The notes: generated from the sequence alone by a model not told the origin. 64,000 bases of DNA from an uncultured delta proteobacterium (GCA_963796685.1 CAWCMR010000025.1:1760001-1824000), one strand, 5' to 3'. Numbered from the stretch's first letter, positions 49,148 through 60,451 are shown. Made by a program: numbers and translations.

Positions 49148-49540
49148 ATGCTGAGGAAATACGTGACCGTCTGCGCACGATTCGCAGTCGTCCTGGCAAC
49201 CATCGCATTGGCCACGACGGCCTGCTCGTTCGGCAAACCCGACATCGCGACCGTGCCGGACCATCCGACGTTCGAGATCGACGTCAAGCCCCTGCTCGCG
49301 GACCACTGTCTGCTCTGCCACGGGTATCCCGCCACGCGGGGCGCACCGACCAATTTTCGACTCGATGTCTACGATCCACCGCTTGGGACCTCGACGCCAG
49401 CGGCCCATCAAGAGGCCGATCGTTTCATCCGCAGCATTGAAGACGACAAGATGCCGCCGGCGGCGGCGTGGGGCGACGGCGTGGGCCCCAACGGCAAGAA
49501 GATGTTGCAGAACTGGCAGAACGACGGGTATCCGGACTAG
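49148..49540 (+). CDS. Monoheme c-type cytochrome lipoprotein
   Basis: TTAC lipobox, CLLCH heme motif and KMPP distal Met. Confidence 0.82.
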   Translation: MLRKYVTVCARFAVVLATIALATTACSFGKPDIATVPDHPTFEIDVKPLLADHCLLCHGYPATRGAPTNFRLDVYDPPLGTSTPAAHQEADRFIRSIEDDKMPPAAAWGDGVGPNGKKMLQNWQNDGYPD

Positions 49541-49635
49541 CTCTAGCCTAGCCCTCCGAAGTGGCAGCCCTATCGAGGTGGGGGCAGTGGGGCTTTCAGG
49601 ACCTTGAAAGGGCTGCTCCTGAAAGGAGAAGAGAT

Positions 49636-50460
49636 CTACTGCTCCGCCAGCTTGCGTACCACGTCGGCGTCGAGTTTCTCGATCGAGCTCCAACCGCGGC
49701 AAGGCACGCCAGGGATCTCCGCTCCCAACTTGGCTACGAAGAACTTGAGCGCACCATCAATGTCTTGTCCTTGCTGCTTCAGCTCGACTTGCTTCGTTGA
49801 TTGACCAAGCCGCACGGAATAGAGGTAGGCGGTCAGTTCCCACGATCCTTTGTCGTGCGCGGCGTGCTGGGCGGGCGCGGACGGTGATCTTCGGCCGCCG
49901 CCACGGCCCATGCCGCCACCGCTGCGCCCCATGCCGCGGCCGCCGCCGAAACCGCTGCCCTGACCTGCGCCAGAGCCGCCATATTGTCCGGAGGATGACG
50001 GATCTTGCGCTGGCTTGGCGGGTTTGTCCGGGCTTGCTGCAGCGGGCTTGGGGAGTTGCCCATCGATCGCGAGGACAAGGATGGTGTCGCCCTTGGCCAA
50101 AGGCGCGAGCTTTTCGAGGAGCTCGTCGGAAACGCCATTCTCTTTCGTGTAGTCGTCGATGGCATCTGCGAGCTCGGGGTTTGCGTCGGTGAAGACCACG
50201 TCGTACGCAGCCTTGCAAATGCCGCCGCTGAAAGGCGTGGAGAGGACCTTTCCGAGATCTTCCCAGGCCTCCGGGCTCATGCGCCCGTTGCGAAAGATCC
50301 CGAAGACCGAAAGGGCCTCGGGCTTCGTTGCGTCGGGCTTTGGCACGATGGGGATCTGTGGCTGGCCTTCACCAGGTGTCGCGCAAGCGGCGATGGCGCA
50401 GGACAAGAACAGCCCCGAGGTTCGCGTAACCAGGGTCTGGCGGTGTTGGCGATGGTTCAC
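49636..50460 (-). CDS. Hypothetical lipoprotein with Gly/Arg-rich insert
   Basis: GGAG RBS + GTG; IAAC lipobox; LSVFGIFRNGRMS. Confidence 0.65.
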   Translation of the reverse strand: MNHRQHRQTLVTRTSGLFLSCAIAACATPGEGQPQIPIVPKPDATKPEALSVFGIFRNGRMSPEAWEDLGKVLSTPFSGGICKAAYDVVFTDANPELADAIDDYTKENGVSDELLEKLAPLAKGDTILVLAIDGQLPKPAAASPDKPAKPAQDPSSSGQYGGSGAGQGSGFGGGRGMGRSGGGMGRGGGRRSPSAPAQHAAHDKGSWELTAYLYSVRLGQSTKQVELKQQGQDIDGALKFFVAKLGAEIPGVPCRGWSSIEKLDADVVRKLAEQ

Positions 50461-50680
50461 GCATGCTCCAGTTGTTGGGTGACAGGTTCGTGACAGCCCG
50501 AGCGGACATCCACAAGCAGGAAGTATGCCGTTGCAGGCCGGTATGCGATTGCTGGGCCCTTTTTTGTCGGGCACTATTCCTGCAGACCCGCAGCGCATGT
50601 CCAGCTCGCCTTTCCGCTCGACCGGATACGTCGAGCGCCAAACGCTCATCCCGGCTCGCGAAGTTGTATGGTCCGCGGTC

Positions 50681-52010
50681 ATGAACAGGCGACCACCCTT
50701 TCTTTCGTGTGCGTCTTTTGCATCGATTCTTCTAGTTGTCTGCGGTTTCTGCAGCGAGGCGCGGGCTGCGTCCACGAGGCAGACCGTCACGCTCGACGAG
50801 GCGATTGACCTGGCTCTGCGCTCCCATCCTTCGGAGGCGCAGGCCCGCGCCAACGTGGACGTAGCCTCGGCCCGGGTCGAAGAGAGCCGCTCGCAGTACC
50901 TGCCACAGGTGGTAGGGACGGGGCAGTACCAGCGCATGACCGCCAATCCCACGCACCGGCCCAACACGCCTCAGTCTGGGTACCCAGTCGTGGACGCAAA
51001 GCTACGACTACTTCACCTTCGGCGGCACGGCCTCGCAGCTCATCTACGATTTCGGGCAGACCTCGGATCGCTGGAGCTCGGCGCAGGCGACCGAGTCCGC
51101 GGCCGCGCACAGCGAGCACGCCATCCAAGTGCAAATCATCACCAATGTGCGCAAGGCCTATTTCCAGGCGCGTGCGCAACGGGATCTCATCGACGTCGCA
51201 GCCGAGACCGTGGCCAATCAGAAGATGCACCTCGAGCAGATCCAGAAACTGGTGCTGCAAGGCATGCGACCGGAGATCGACCAGGTCACCGCGGAAACCA
51301 GCCTGGCCAACGCGCAGGTGCAGCTCATCGGCGCGCAGAATGCCTACGACCTGGCCTGCGCCGCCTTCAGCCAAGCCATCGGTCAAACCTCTGCCAAGGG
51401 CTACGAGCCGGGCAGCGAGGACATGCCGCCGCTCGTGGATGAAGACGCACCCATCGATCGCCTGCTCGAATCCGCGTTACGCGACCGGCCCGAGCTTGCG
51501 AGCTTCGCCAAGCAGCGGGAGGCCCAGGAGAAGGTCATCTCCGCCGCGCGTGGCGGCTTTGGCCCGAGTCTCCAGGCTCAAGCCAGCCTCACGGGAACAG
51601 GGGCGGAGCTCGACAACCTCGCGCCCAACTGGTGGGTGGGCGCGCTGTTGACTTGGCCGATCTTTCAAGGCGGCTTGACCCAGGGCCAGGTCGCCGAGGC
51701 CAAGGCCACTTTGCGCGCCATCGACGCGCAGGAAGACGCCTTCCGGCTGCAAGTTCGCATCGACGTCGAGCAGGCCGCCCTGGCGGTGCGGGCCGCGCGC
51801 GCCAGCCTCGGCGCGGCGGTGTTGGCGCTCGAGAACGCGAAGAAGCAATTGCAGTTGGCAGAAAAGCGCTACGCCACCGGCATGGGCAGCGTCATCGAGC
51901 TCTCCGATGCGCAGGTGACCCGCACCTCGGCCGCGGCTCAGGAAGTGGGCGCGCGGTTTTCGCTCGCCAGCTCGCGGGCCGCGTTGTGGGGCGCGCTCGG
52001 AAGGCGATGA
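50681..52010 (+). CDS. TolC-family outer membrane factor, +1 frameshift near 50950-50990
   Basis: TLDEAIDLAL, QLIYDFG (second frame), RPEL, WPIFQGG and RYATG.GSVIELSDAQ. Confidence 0.87.
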
Positions 52011-52025
52011 GAGAATGAAAGTCGC

Positions 52026-53228
52026 GTGGAAAGGAAGATGATGAAGTTTTCTCGTTGCTTGGTTTTCTCGTTTCTACCGTTGCTTGGGATCGGATGTCGC
52101 GGCGCGGATGGCAAGGACAAGGCCGGGCCAAACGCTGGCGACAAACACCCGGTTTCCGTGGTCGCGACCAAGGTGATTGCCCGTGACATGCCGGTGACCC
52201 TCGACGGGCTGGGCACGGTGACCGCCTTCAAGACCGTGACCGTGCGTACGCAGGTCGACGGTCGCCTCGACAGCGTGGCCTTTCGCGAGGGTCAGTTCGT
52301 CAAGCGGGGGACGATGCTTGCGCTCATCGATCCGCGGCCCTTTGCCATCCAACTTCACCAGGCCGAGGGCGCGCTGGCCCGCGACCAGGCCCAATTGCGC
52401 GGCGGCAAGGTCAATCTCGAACGCTACACCCAGGTGGCCAAGGACAAGCTCATCGCCCAGCAGCAGGCGGACGATCAGGGAGCTCTCGTCGGACAACTGG
52501 AAGGGTCGGTGAAGGCGGATCAGGCGCAGATCGAACAGGCCAAGTTGATGCTCGACTACGCCCACATTCGTTCGCCCATCGACGGCATCACCGGCGTGCG
52601 CCTCGTGGACCCCGGCAATATGGTGCACCCGGCAGAGGCCGCGGGGATCGTGGTGGTTACGCAAATCGATCCCATCGCGGTGCTCTTCACGCTGCCGCAG
52701 GATGATCTTGGTCGCGTGCAAAAGGCGCTGGCCGAGGGCAAGCCCGCGGTGGATGCCCTGTCTCGTGATGGCAGCAGCGCGCTCGCCACCGGCACGCTCG
52801 AGGTCATCGACAACGAGATCAACGCCACCACGGCCACCATTCGCCTCAAGGCCATCTTTGCCAATCCCGACCGTTTGCTGTGGCCCAACCAGTTCGTGAA
52901 GGCTCGTCTGCACCTCGGCCTACGCAAGGGCGCGCTGGTGGTGCCCGCGGTGGCCGTGCAGCGTGGCCCCGCGGGTGCCTTTGCCTATGTCGTCGGCGAA
53001 GACAAGACCGTCGCGGCCCGACCCGTCGAGGTGGAGAGCACCGACAGCGAGCTCGCCATCATCCGTTCGGGCTTGAAGGCTGGCGAGACCGTGGTCACCG
53101 AGGGGCAGTTCCAACTCAAGCCCGGCGCCCTGGTCGAAACGCGCGAACCGGGTGAAGGCAAGCAGCCCGGCGCCCGCCAGGGCAAAGCAGCAGGCAAAGG
53201 ATCGGTTCGCGAGGCGAAGAACCCGTGA
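52026..53228 (+). CDS. mdtA: RND efflux periplasmic adaptor, MdtA-like
   Basis: VRTQVDG, IDPRPF, SPIDG, IDNEI and LWPNQFV motifs. Confidence 0.9.
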   Translation: MERKMMKFSRCLVFSFLPLLGIGCRGADGKDKAGPNAGDKHPVSVVATKVIARDMPVTLDGLGTVTAFKTVTVRTQVDGRLDSVAFREGQFVKRGTMLALIDPRPFAIQLHQAEGALARDQAQLRGGKVNLERYTQVAKDKLIAQQQADDQGALVGQLEGSVKADQAQIEQAKLMLDYAHIRSPIDGITGVRLVDPGNMVHPAEAAGIVVVTQIDPIAVLFTLPQDDLGRVQKALAEGKPAVDALSRDGSSALATGTLEVIDNEINATTATIRLKAIFANPDRLLWPNQFVKARLHLGLRKGALVVPAVAVQRGPAGAFAYVVGEDKTVAARPVEVESTDSELAIIRSGLKAGETVVTEGQFQLKPGALVETREPGEGKQPGARQGKAAGKGSVREAKNP

Positions 53229-56200
53229 GCATCTCCGAGCCCTTCATCCGGCGCCCCATCGCCACCACGCTGCTCATGATCGGCGTGCTCCTCGCCGGCC
53301 TCATGGGGTATCTGCAACTGCCGGTCGCTGCCCTGCCCCAGGTCGACTACCCGACCATCGTGGTGACCACCAGCCTGCCGGGCGCCAGCGCCGAGACCAT
53401 GGTCTCCTCGGTCACCACGCCGCTCGAACGCCAGTTCGGTCAGATCCCGGCGCTCAGTCAGATGACCTCGGTATCGAGCCTCAACTCGTCGCTCATCACC
53501 CTGCAATTCAATCTGGACCGCGACATCGACTCGGCCCAGCAGGACGTGCAGGCGGCGATCAACGCGGCTTCGAACCTGCTGCCGCGCAACTTGCCCACGC
53601 CACCGACCTACAGCAAGAGCAATCCCGCCGACACGCCGATTCTCACTTTCGCCATCACCTCGGACACCTTGCCCCTCAACAAGGTCGCCGACTACGTCGA
53701 CTCCATCCTGGCGCAAAAGGTTTCGCAGGTGGCCGGCGTGGGGCTCGTCACCCTGGGTGGCGGCGTCAAGCCGGCGGTCCGCGTGCGCGTGGATCCCGAG
53801 GCCCTGGCAGGCCGAGGGCTTACCCTGGAGGACGTGCGCACCATCCTGGTGGCGGCCAACGTGAACCAGCCCAAGGGATCGCTCGATGGCCAGCGCCAGA
53901 ACTACACCATCAACGTCGACGACCAGATCGAAAAGCCGGCCCATTACCGACCCCTGCTCCTGGCCTACCGCAATGGCTCGCCGGTGCGCCTGTCCGACGT
54001 GGCCGTCGTGCTCGACGACGTGGAGAACGCGCAGCTCGCAGGCTGGGCCAACCAGCACCGGGCCGTGATCATGAACGTACAACGCCAACCCGGCGCCAAC
54101 CTCATCCAGGTCACGGACCGGGTGAAGGCCCTTCTGCCGCAACTCGGCGCGTCCATGCCCAAGGGCATCGACATTTCCATCCTCTCCGATCGCACCGAAA
54201 CCGTGCGCGCCTCGGTGGACGACGTGCAATTCACCCTCGTCCTCACCATCCTGCTCGTGGTCGGGGTGATGTACCTCTTCTTGCGTTCGTTTCGCGCCAC
54301 CATCATCCCGGGCGTGGCGGTGCCGCTCTCGCTCATCGCCACGTTCGGGGTGATGCAGCTGTGCGGCTACAGCCTCAACAACCTGACCCTGATGGCTCTC
54401 ACCATCGCCACCGGCTTCGTGGTCGACGACGCCATCGTCATGGTGGAAAACATCGCACGCTACATCGAGGAGGGCCTGCCGCCCTTCGAGGCCGCACTCA
54501 AAGGCGCGCGCCAGATCGGCTTCACCATCGTTTCGCTGACCGTGTCGCTGGTGGCAGTGCTCATCCCCCTGCTCTTCATGGGCGGCATCGTGGGGCGGCT
54601 GTTTCGCGAGTTCGCCGTCACGCTGGCCATCGCCATCGGCATCTCGGCGTTTCTCTCGCTGACTCTGACCGCCATGATGGGGGGCCACCTCTTGCGCGCG
54701 CACGAGACGCCCGGACGCCTGGGGCGCAGTCTGGAGCGCGGCTGGGACGCCATGGCGCGCTTCTACGACCGCGGCCTGACCTGGGTGCTGCGCCACAAGC
54801 GCTTCACCCTGGCGGCCACCTTGGCCACCCTGGGTTTGACCGTGTTTCTGGCGTGGATCGTGCCCAAGGGCTTCTTCCCGCAACAAGACACCGGACTGCT
54901 CGTCGGCGTTACCGAGGCCTCGCCCTCCATTTCCTTTCCCGCCATGATGGATCGCCAGAGCGCTGCCGCGGACGTGGTTCGCACCGATCCCGACGTGCAG
55001 GCGGTGGCGTCCTTCATCGGTGCCGACGGCACCAATCCCACGCTCAACGTGGGCCGGCTCTCCATCACGCTCAAGCCGAGGCGGTTGCGTTCGGCCGACG
55101 CCGACGCCATCATCGCCAGGCTCGAGCCCCGCTTGCGCCAGGTCCCGGGCATCGCGGTCTACCTGCAATCCGTGCAAGATCTCCAAGTCGATACACGCAC
55201 GAGCAGGACGCAGTTCCAGCTCACGCTCGAAGACGCGGATCCCGGCGAGCTCGACGTGTGGGCGCCGCGCGTGCTCGGCGCCATGACGGATTTGCCGGTG
55301 CTTCGTGACGTGGCCAGCGATCACCAATCGACCTCGCTCGGGCTTTCCCTGGTCATCGACCGCGACACGGCTTCCCGCCTCGGCGTCACCGCGCAGGCCC
55401 TCGACGACACGCTCTACGATGCCTTCGGCCAGCGCCAGGTGTCGACCATCTTCACCCAGCTCAACTTGTATCGCGTGATCCTGGAGGTCGCGCCGGCATT
55501 TCAGCAGAACCCCACCGCCCTGCGCTCCATCTATGTGCGTTCGGCCAACGGTGATCCAGTTCAGCTCGATACGCTGGCGCACTACGAGCAATCGCCCCAC
55601 ACCCCGACCATCGCACACCAGGGGCAATTCCCTGCCGCGACCCTGTCGTTCAACCTGGCTCCCGGCGAGGCCCTGGGCGACGCCGTGTCCGCCATCGACG
55701 CCGCCATGCAGTCGCTCGATCTGCCGCCCGGCGTACACCCCTCGTTTCAAGGCACGGCCAAGGTCTTCTCCGAATCGCTCGCCAACGAGCCCATCCTCAT
55801 TCTCGCCGCGCTCATCACCATGTACATCGTGCTCGGCGTTCTCTACGAGAGCTACATCCACCCCATCACCATTCTCAGCACCTTGCCCTCGGCGGGCGTG
55901 GGGGCCTTGCTCGCGCTCATCATCTGCCGCATCGAATTTTCCATCATCGCGCTCATCGGCATCATCCTGCTCATCGGCATCGTCAAGAAGAACGCCATCA
56001 TGATGATCGACTTCGCCCTCGAAGCCGAGCGCGAGAGGGGGCTCGATCCCGAGAGCGCCATCCATCAGGCGTGTCTTTTGCGCTTCCGTCCCATCATGAT
56101 GACCACCATGGCGGCCTTGCTCGGCGGCTTGCCCATGGCGCTCGGCCGGGGCACAGGCGCGGAGCTTCGCCGTCCGCTCGGCATCGCCATCGTGGGCGGG

Positions 56201-56338
56201 CTGCTCATCTCGCAGGTGCTGACCTTGTACACCACGCCCGTCATCTACCTGGCCATGGATCGTCTGCGCCATCTCGGACGAGCAGGTCATCCACGGACGA
56301 CGGTCGCGCAACCGACGCTGGGAGAGCCGGTGGCGTGA
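53225..56338 (+). CDS. mdtB: RND efflux permease, MdtB-like
   Basis: FIRRPIATTLL, GFVVDDAIV, IVKKNAIMMIDF and RFRPIMMT motifs. Confidence 0.92.
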   Translation: MSISEPFIRRPIATTLLMIGVLLAGLMGYLQLPVAALPQVDYPTIVVTTSLPGASAETMVSSVTTPLERQFGQIPALSQMTSVSSLNSSLITLQFNLDRDIDSAQQDVQAAINAASNLLPRNLPTPPTYSKSNPADTPILTFAITSDTLPLNKVADYVDSILAQKVSQVAGVGLVTLGGGVKPAVRVRVDPEALAGRGLTLEDVRTILVAANVNQPKGSLDGQRQNYTINVDDQIEKPAHYRPLLLAYRNGSPVRLSDVAVVLDDVENAQLAGWANQHRAVIMNVQRQPGANLIQVTDRVKALLPQLGASMPKGIDISILSDRTETVRASVDDVQFTLVLTILLVVGVMYLFLRSFRATIIPGVAVPLSLIATFGVMQLCGYSLNNLTLMALTIATGFVVDDAIVMVENIARYIEEGLPPFEAALKGARQIGFTIVSLTVSLVAVLIPLLFMGGIVGRLFREFAVTLAIAIGISAFLSLTLTAMMGGHLLRAHETPGRLGRSLERGWDAMARFYDRGLTWVLRHKRFTLAATLATLGLTVFLAWIVPKGFFPQQDTGLLVGVTEASPSISFPAMMDRQSAAADVVRTDPDVQAVASFIGADGTNPTLNVGRLSITLKPRRLRSADADAIIARLEPRLRQVPGIAVYLQSVQDLQVDTRTSRTQFQLTLEDADPGELDVWAPRVLGAMTDLPVLRDVASDHQSTSLGLSLVIDRDTASRLGVTAQALDDTLYDAFGQRQVSTIFTQLNLYRVILEVAPAFQQNPTALRSIYVRSANGDPVQLDTLAHYEQSPHTPTIAHQGQFPAATLSFNLAPGEALGDAVSAIDAAMQSLDLPPGVHPSFQGTAKVFSESLANEPILILAALITMYIVLGVLYESYIHPITILSTLPSAGVGALLALIICRIEFSIIALIGIILLIGIVKKNAIMMIDFALEAERERGLDPESAIHQACLLRFRPIMMTTMAALLGGLPMALGRGTGAELRRPLGIAIVGGLLISQVLTLYTTPVIYLAMDRLRHLGRAGHPRTTVAQPTLGEPVA

Positions 56339-59300
56339 ACATCTCCGGGCCCTTCCTTCGCCGACCGATTGCCACGTCGCTGCTGGCCGTCGCGCTCATC
56401 TTGGCGGGTCTGGCTGCCTACGCCAACCTGCCGGTGGCGCCCCTGCCGCGTGTGGATTTTCCCACCATCAACGTGCAGGCGGCGTTGCCCGGCGCCAGCC
56501 CCGAGACCATGGCCAGCGCGGTGGCCACGCCGCTCGAACGTCGCTTCGGCCGCATCGCGGGGTTGACCGAGATGACCTCGGCCAGCTCGCTCGGCGCCAC
56601 CAGCATCACCATGCAGTTCGATCTGAACCGTGACATCACGGGCGCCGCGCGCGATGTGCAGGCGGCCATCAATGCGGCGGGCGGCGAGCTGCCCCCGAAT
56701 TTGCCGAGCCGTCCCACCTACCGCAAGGTCAATCCCTCCGACGCGCCCGTGCTCATCGTGGCCCTCTCCTCGGACACCTTGCCGCTGGCGCAGGTCTACG
56801 ACACGGCCAACACCATCTTGGCGCAGAAGGTGTCGCAGGTCGACGGCGTGGGCCAGGTCTTCGTGGGCGGAGGACAGCAGCCCGCCGTGCGCGTGCAGGT
56901 CGATCTCGACGCCCTGGCGGGGCTCGGTCTCGGCATGGTGGACGTGCGCGCCGCGCTCGCGCAGGCCACGGTCAACAGCCCCGAGGGTGCGCTGGCCGAC
57001 GATCAACGCACGCTGGTCTTGTCGTCGAACGATCAACTCTTCGGGGCCGAGGCCTTTCGCAACGTCATCGTCGCCTACCGCGGCGGCGCGGCGGTTCGCC
57101 TGCGCGACGTGGCCAAGGTCTTCGACGACGTCGAGAACAACCGCGTGGCGGGCTGGTTCGACGGCAAGCGGGCGGTGGTCCTGGTCATCCGCCGGCAACC
57201 GGGGGCCAACATCCTCGACACCATCGACCGGGTCAAGGCCCTGCTGCCCACCTTGGCGACCTCCATCTCTCCCGCCATCAAGATGGAGATCGCCCTCGAC
57301 CGCGCCAACACCATCCGCGCCTCGGTCCGCGACGTGGAGGCGACCTTGCTCCTCAGCATCGGTCTGGTCGTGCTGGTGGTGCTGCTGTTCTTGCGTCGGC
57401 CGCGCGCCACGCTCATCCCCGCCGTGGCCATCCCGCTGTCGCTCACGGGAACCTTCGCGGTCATGTACCTGCTCGACTACAGCATCGACAACCTGTCGCT
57501 CATGGCGTTGACCATCGCCACCGGGTTCGTGGTCGACGATGCCATCGTGGTGGTGGAAAATATCATGCGCCACGTGGAACAGGGCATGGCGCCTCGCGAG
57601 GCCGCGTATCTCGGCGCGAAAGAGATCGGCTTCACCATCGTGTCCATCACCGTGTCGCTGCTCGCGGTCTTCATTCCGCTCTTGCTCATGGGCGGCTTGG
57701 TGGGTCGCCTGTTTCGGGAATTCTCGGTCACGCTCAGCATCGCCATCGTGGTGTCGGCGGTGGTGTCGCTCACCCTCACTCCGACCATGTCCGCGCGCCT
57801 CCTGCGGCAGTCCGCCCATGACGAGCCCTCGCGCTTCGCGCGGGTGTCCGAGCGCGGGTTCACGGCGCTGCAGGGACTCTACGCCCGTCTTCTCGACTGG
57901 ATCTTGCGCCACCAGGTCGCGGCGCTCGCCCTCACTCTCGGCACCCTGGCCTTCACGGTCTTTCTCTACGTGGTCGTGCCCAAGGGCCTCTTTCCCCAGC
58001 AAGACACCGGCATGTTGGCCGGCTCGACCGAGGCCAGCCAGGACGTGTCGTTCTTGGCCATGAAGGCCTACCAGGAGCAGGTCAATGCCCTGGTCTCGGC
58101 CGATCCCGACGTGGAGCACGTGGTGTCCTTCATCGGGTCGTCCAATGCCTCGACGGGCAATACCGGGACCCTGTTCATCTCCTTGCGACCCAAGCCCGGA
58201 CGCAAGTCCACCGCCGACCAGGTCATCGCCCGTCTCCGTCCCAAGGTGGGGCGGGTGCCAGGCATGCGCCTGTTCTTGCAATCCGTGCAGGACCTGCGCC
58301 TCGGCGGGCGCTCGTCGCGCACGCAGTATCAATACACGCTCCAGGACGCCACCCTCGACGAGCTCAAGGAATGGGCGCCGCGTGTGCTGGAAAAGCTGCG
58401 CACCCTGCCCGCGCTCAAGGACGTGAACACGGACCAACAGACTGCCGGGCTCCAGCTCGGCGTGACTTTGGACCGCGAGCGCGCCTCGCGCTACGGCATC
58501 CTGCCCCAGGCCGTGGACGAGGCGCTCTACGATGCCTTCGGCCAGCGCCAGGTCGCGGTTTCGTACACTCAGCTCAACTACTACCGCGTGGTGCTGGAGG
58601 CCAGAAGCGGGCAACAGAGCGGTCCCGAAGCCCTTCGGCGCGTCTACGTATCCACGCCCACCGGCGCGCAGGTGCCGCTGTCGGAGATCGCGAGCTTCGA
58701 CCCCGGCAACGCTTCGCTCGCGGTCAATCACCAAGGACAATTTCCGGCTACCACGATCTCGTTCAACCTGGCCCCCGGCATTGCGCTCGGCGAAGCCGTC
58801 GAGCTCATCCACAAGGCCGAGGGGCAGCTCCACTTTCCCGCCAGCCTGCGCGGCAGCTTCATGGGAACCGCGCAGGCCTTCAAGAGCTCCACCGACAGTC
58901 AGCCTTTGCTCATTCTCGCCGCGCTCATCACCGTGTACCTCGTGCTCGGCATGCTGTACGAGAGCCTGATCCATCCCATCACCATCCTGTCGACGTTGCC
59001 GTCGGCGGGGGTGGGGGCGCTCCTGGCCCTTCTCGCGTTCCAGATCGAGTTCAGCATCATCGCGCTCATCGGCATCATCCTGCTCATCGGCATCGTGAAG
59101 AAGAACGCCATCATCCTGGTCGACTTCGCCATCGAGTCGAGGCGCACGCGCGGCACCTCGGCCGCGGCGGCCATTCGCGAGGCCAGCCTGCTACGCTTCC
59201 GTCCCATCTTGATGACCACCATGGCCGCGCTCCTCGGGGCGTTGCCGCTGGCCCTGGGGGGAGGCATGGGGTCCGAGCTGCGTCGGCCACTCGGCATCGC

Positions 59301-59448
59301 CATGGTGGGCGGGCTCTTTCTCTCCCAGCTCGTGACCCTGCTTACGACCCCGGTCATCTACCTTTGGCTCGATCGCATCTTTGCGCGAAAGAAGGCACCC
59401 GCGGTGGCGGTGGTGGAAGTGGGGCGGCCAGCCGGCGAGACGGGGTAG
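56335..59448 (+). CDS. mdtC: RND efflux permease, MdtC-like
   Basis: GTG overlapping the mdtB stop; GASPETMA, YRKVNPSD and VVDDAIVVVEN motifs. Confidence 0.92.
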   Translation: MNISGPFLRRPIATSLLAVALILAGLAAYANLPVAPLPRVDFPTINVQAALPGASPETMASAVATPLERRFGRIAGLTEMTSASSLGATSITMQFDLNRDITGAARDVQAAINAAGGELPPNLPSRPTYRKVNPSDAPVLIVALSSDTLPLAQVYDTANTILAQKVSQVDGVGQVFVGGGQQPAVRVQVDLDALAGLGLGMVDVRAALAQATVNSPEGALADDQRTLVLSSNDQLFGAEAFRNVIVAYRGGAAVRLRDVAKVFDDVENNRVAGWFDGKRAVVLVIRRQPGANILDTIDRVKALLPTLATSISPAIKMEIALDRANTIRASVRDVEATLLLSIGLVVLVVLLFLRRPRATLIPAVAIPLSLTGTFAVMYLLDYSIDNLSLMALTIATGFVVDDAIVVVENIMRHVEQGMAPREAAYLGAKEIGFTIVSITVSLLAVFIPLLLMGGLVGRLFREFSVTLSIAIVVSAVVSLTLTPTMSARLLRQSAHDEPSRFARVSERGFTALQGLYARLLDWILRHQVAALALTLGTLAFTVFLYVVVPKGLFPQQDTGMLAGSTEASQDVSFLAMKAYQEQVNALVSADPDVEHVVSFIGSSNASTGNTGTLFISLRPKPGRKSTADQVIARLRPKVGRVPGMRLFLQSVQDLRLGGRSSRTQYQYTLQDATLDELKEWAPRVLEKLRTLPALKDVNTDQQTAGLQLGVTLDRERASRYGILPQAVDEALYDAFGQRQVAVSYTQLNYYRVVLEARSGQQSGPEALRRVYVSTPTGAQVPLSEIASFDPGNASLAVNHQGQFPATTISFNLAPGIALGEAVELIHKAEGQLHFPASLRGSFMGTAQAFKSSTDSQPLLILAALITVYLVLGMLYESLIHPITILSTLPSAGVGALLALLAFQIEFSIIALIGIILLIGIVKKNAIILVDFAIESRRTRGTSAAAAIREASLLRFRPILMTTMAALLGALPLALGGGMGSELRRPLGIAMVGGLFLSQLVTLLTTPVIYLWLDRIFARKKAPAVAVVEVGRPAGETG

Positions 59449-59546
59449 CTACCGCCTGGCAACCCGCCTGTCGCAGGCGTCCCATCCCCGTAGTGTCCGG
59501 GAATTCATCGCCGCCGGTCATGTAGCCTCTCGCAACCCGTACGAGC

Positions 59547-60416
59547 TCACGCATCGAGAGCCGTAATCTGCATCTCCGCGAGACTCGAGCGATCCGCGAC
59601 CGCCTCGATGCTGCTGACGCGATCGCCGTCGAACGTGAGCGCGAGAATCAACAGCAACTTACCCTTCGGTGCCACCGTGATGCCCAACTCGCCGTCGATG
59701 AATGCCAGGGCTGCCGCTTGAGCGCGACCAGAAAACAACTTGGCCACCGCCTCGGCTCCGCGGACCTCTTGCTCGCCGCCCATCTTGGCCGCGACCGCGT
59801 CGGCTCGGAACACGATATTGGGATCGAGTGCCGCGAGCAAAGCCTGAAAATCGCCATCCTTCGAGGCCGCAAGAAATGCCTCGGCGATCGCTTGCCGGCG
59901 GCCGCGGTCGTGCTCGTCCGCTACGGGAACGCCTTGCACCCGACGGCGAGCGCGACTCGCGAGCTGCCGCGTAGCCACCGAAGTGCGCCCGATGATCGGC
60001 GCGATCTCGTCGAAACCGAGATCGAACATGTCGTGCAACACGAAGGCAACGCGTTCCGCGGGCGTCAGAGTGTCGAGCAAAACCAACAGAGCCAACCCAA
60101 CGGATTCGAGCAGTGCACGCTGATCCGGATCCCCGTCGTTGGCGGTGGCCGTGGGCGTCGGCGGCTCAGCATCATAGGATTGCTCGCCCCGCGTCTTGCG
60201 AGAACGCAGCATATCGAGGCAAATACGCGCCACGATCGTCGTCATCCAACCCCCGAGATTGTGCACCGCTTCGCAGTCCGCGCGGCTCATCCGCAACCAC
60301 GCCTCCTGAACGGCGTCATCGGCCTCTGCAGCCGAACCGAGCATACGCACCGCCACCGCTTGCAAATGCCGGCGCTGACTCTCGAATTGCTGGGCCAAGA
60401 AATTTCGTTCGTTCAT
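59547..60416 (-). CDS. ECF41-type sigma factor with SnoaL-like C-terminal extension
   Basis: EADDAVQEAWLR, LTPAERVAFVLHD, RQLASRARRRV and FL.A...GDF..L...L. Confidence 0.9.
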   Translation of the reverse strand: MNERNFLAQQFESQRRHLQAVAVRMLGSAAEADDAVQEAWLRMSRADCEAVHNLGGWMTTIVARICLDMLRSRKTRGEQSYDAEPPTPTATANDGDPDQRALLESVGLALLVLLDTLTPAERVAFVLHDMFDLGFDEIAPIIGRTSVATRQLASRARRRVQGVPVADEHDRGRRQAIAEAFLAASKDGDFQALLAALDPNIVFRADAVAAKMGGEQEVRGAEAVAKLFSGRAQAAALAFIDGELGITVAPKGKLLLILALTFDGDRVSSIEAVADRSSLAEMQITALDA

Positions 60417-60443
60417 CGTCACACTCCAAGCTGGCATTTCGTC
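60417..60443 (+). promoter_or_regulatory. ECF41-type promoter for the CMD gene
   Basis: CGTCACA-N16-CGTC; the consensus is TGTCACA-N16-CGTC. Confidence 0.75.
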
Positions 60444-60451
60444 ATCCGGTT

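Noticed and set aside
52985-58974. Very long antisense ORFs (1108 aa, 895 aa) and similar shadows such as 362..1702, 14764..16170 and 45424..47286
   Set aside because: They mirror real genes on the opposite strand, as expected from high GC3 codon bias.
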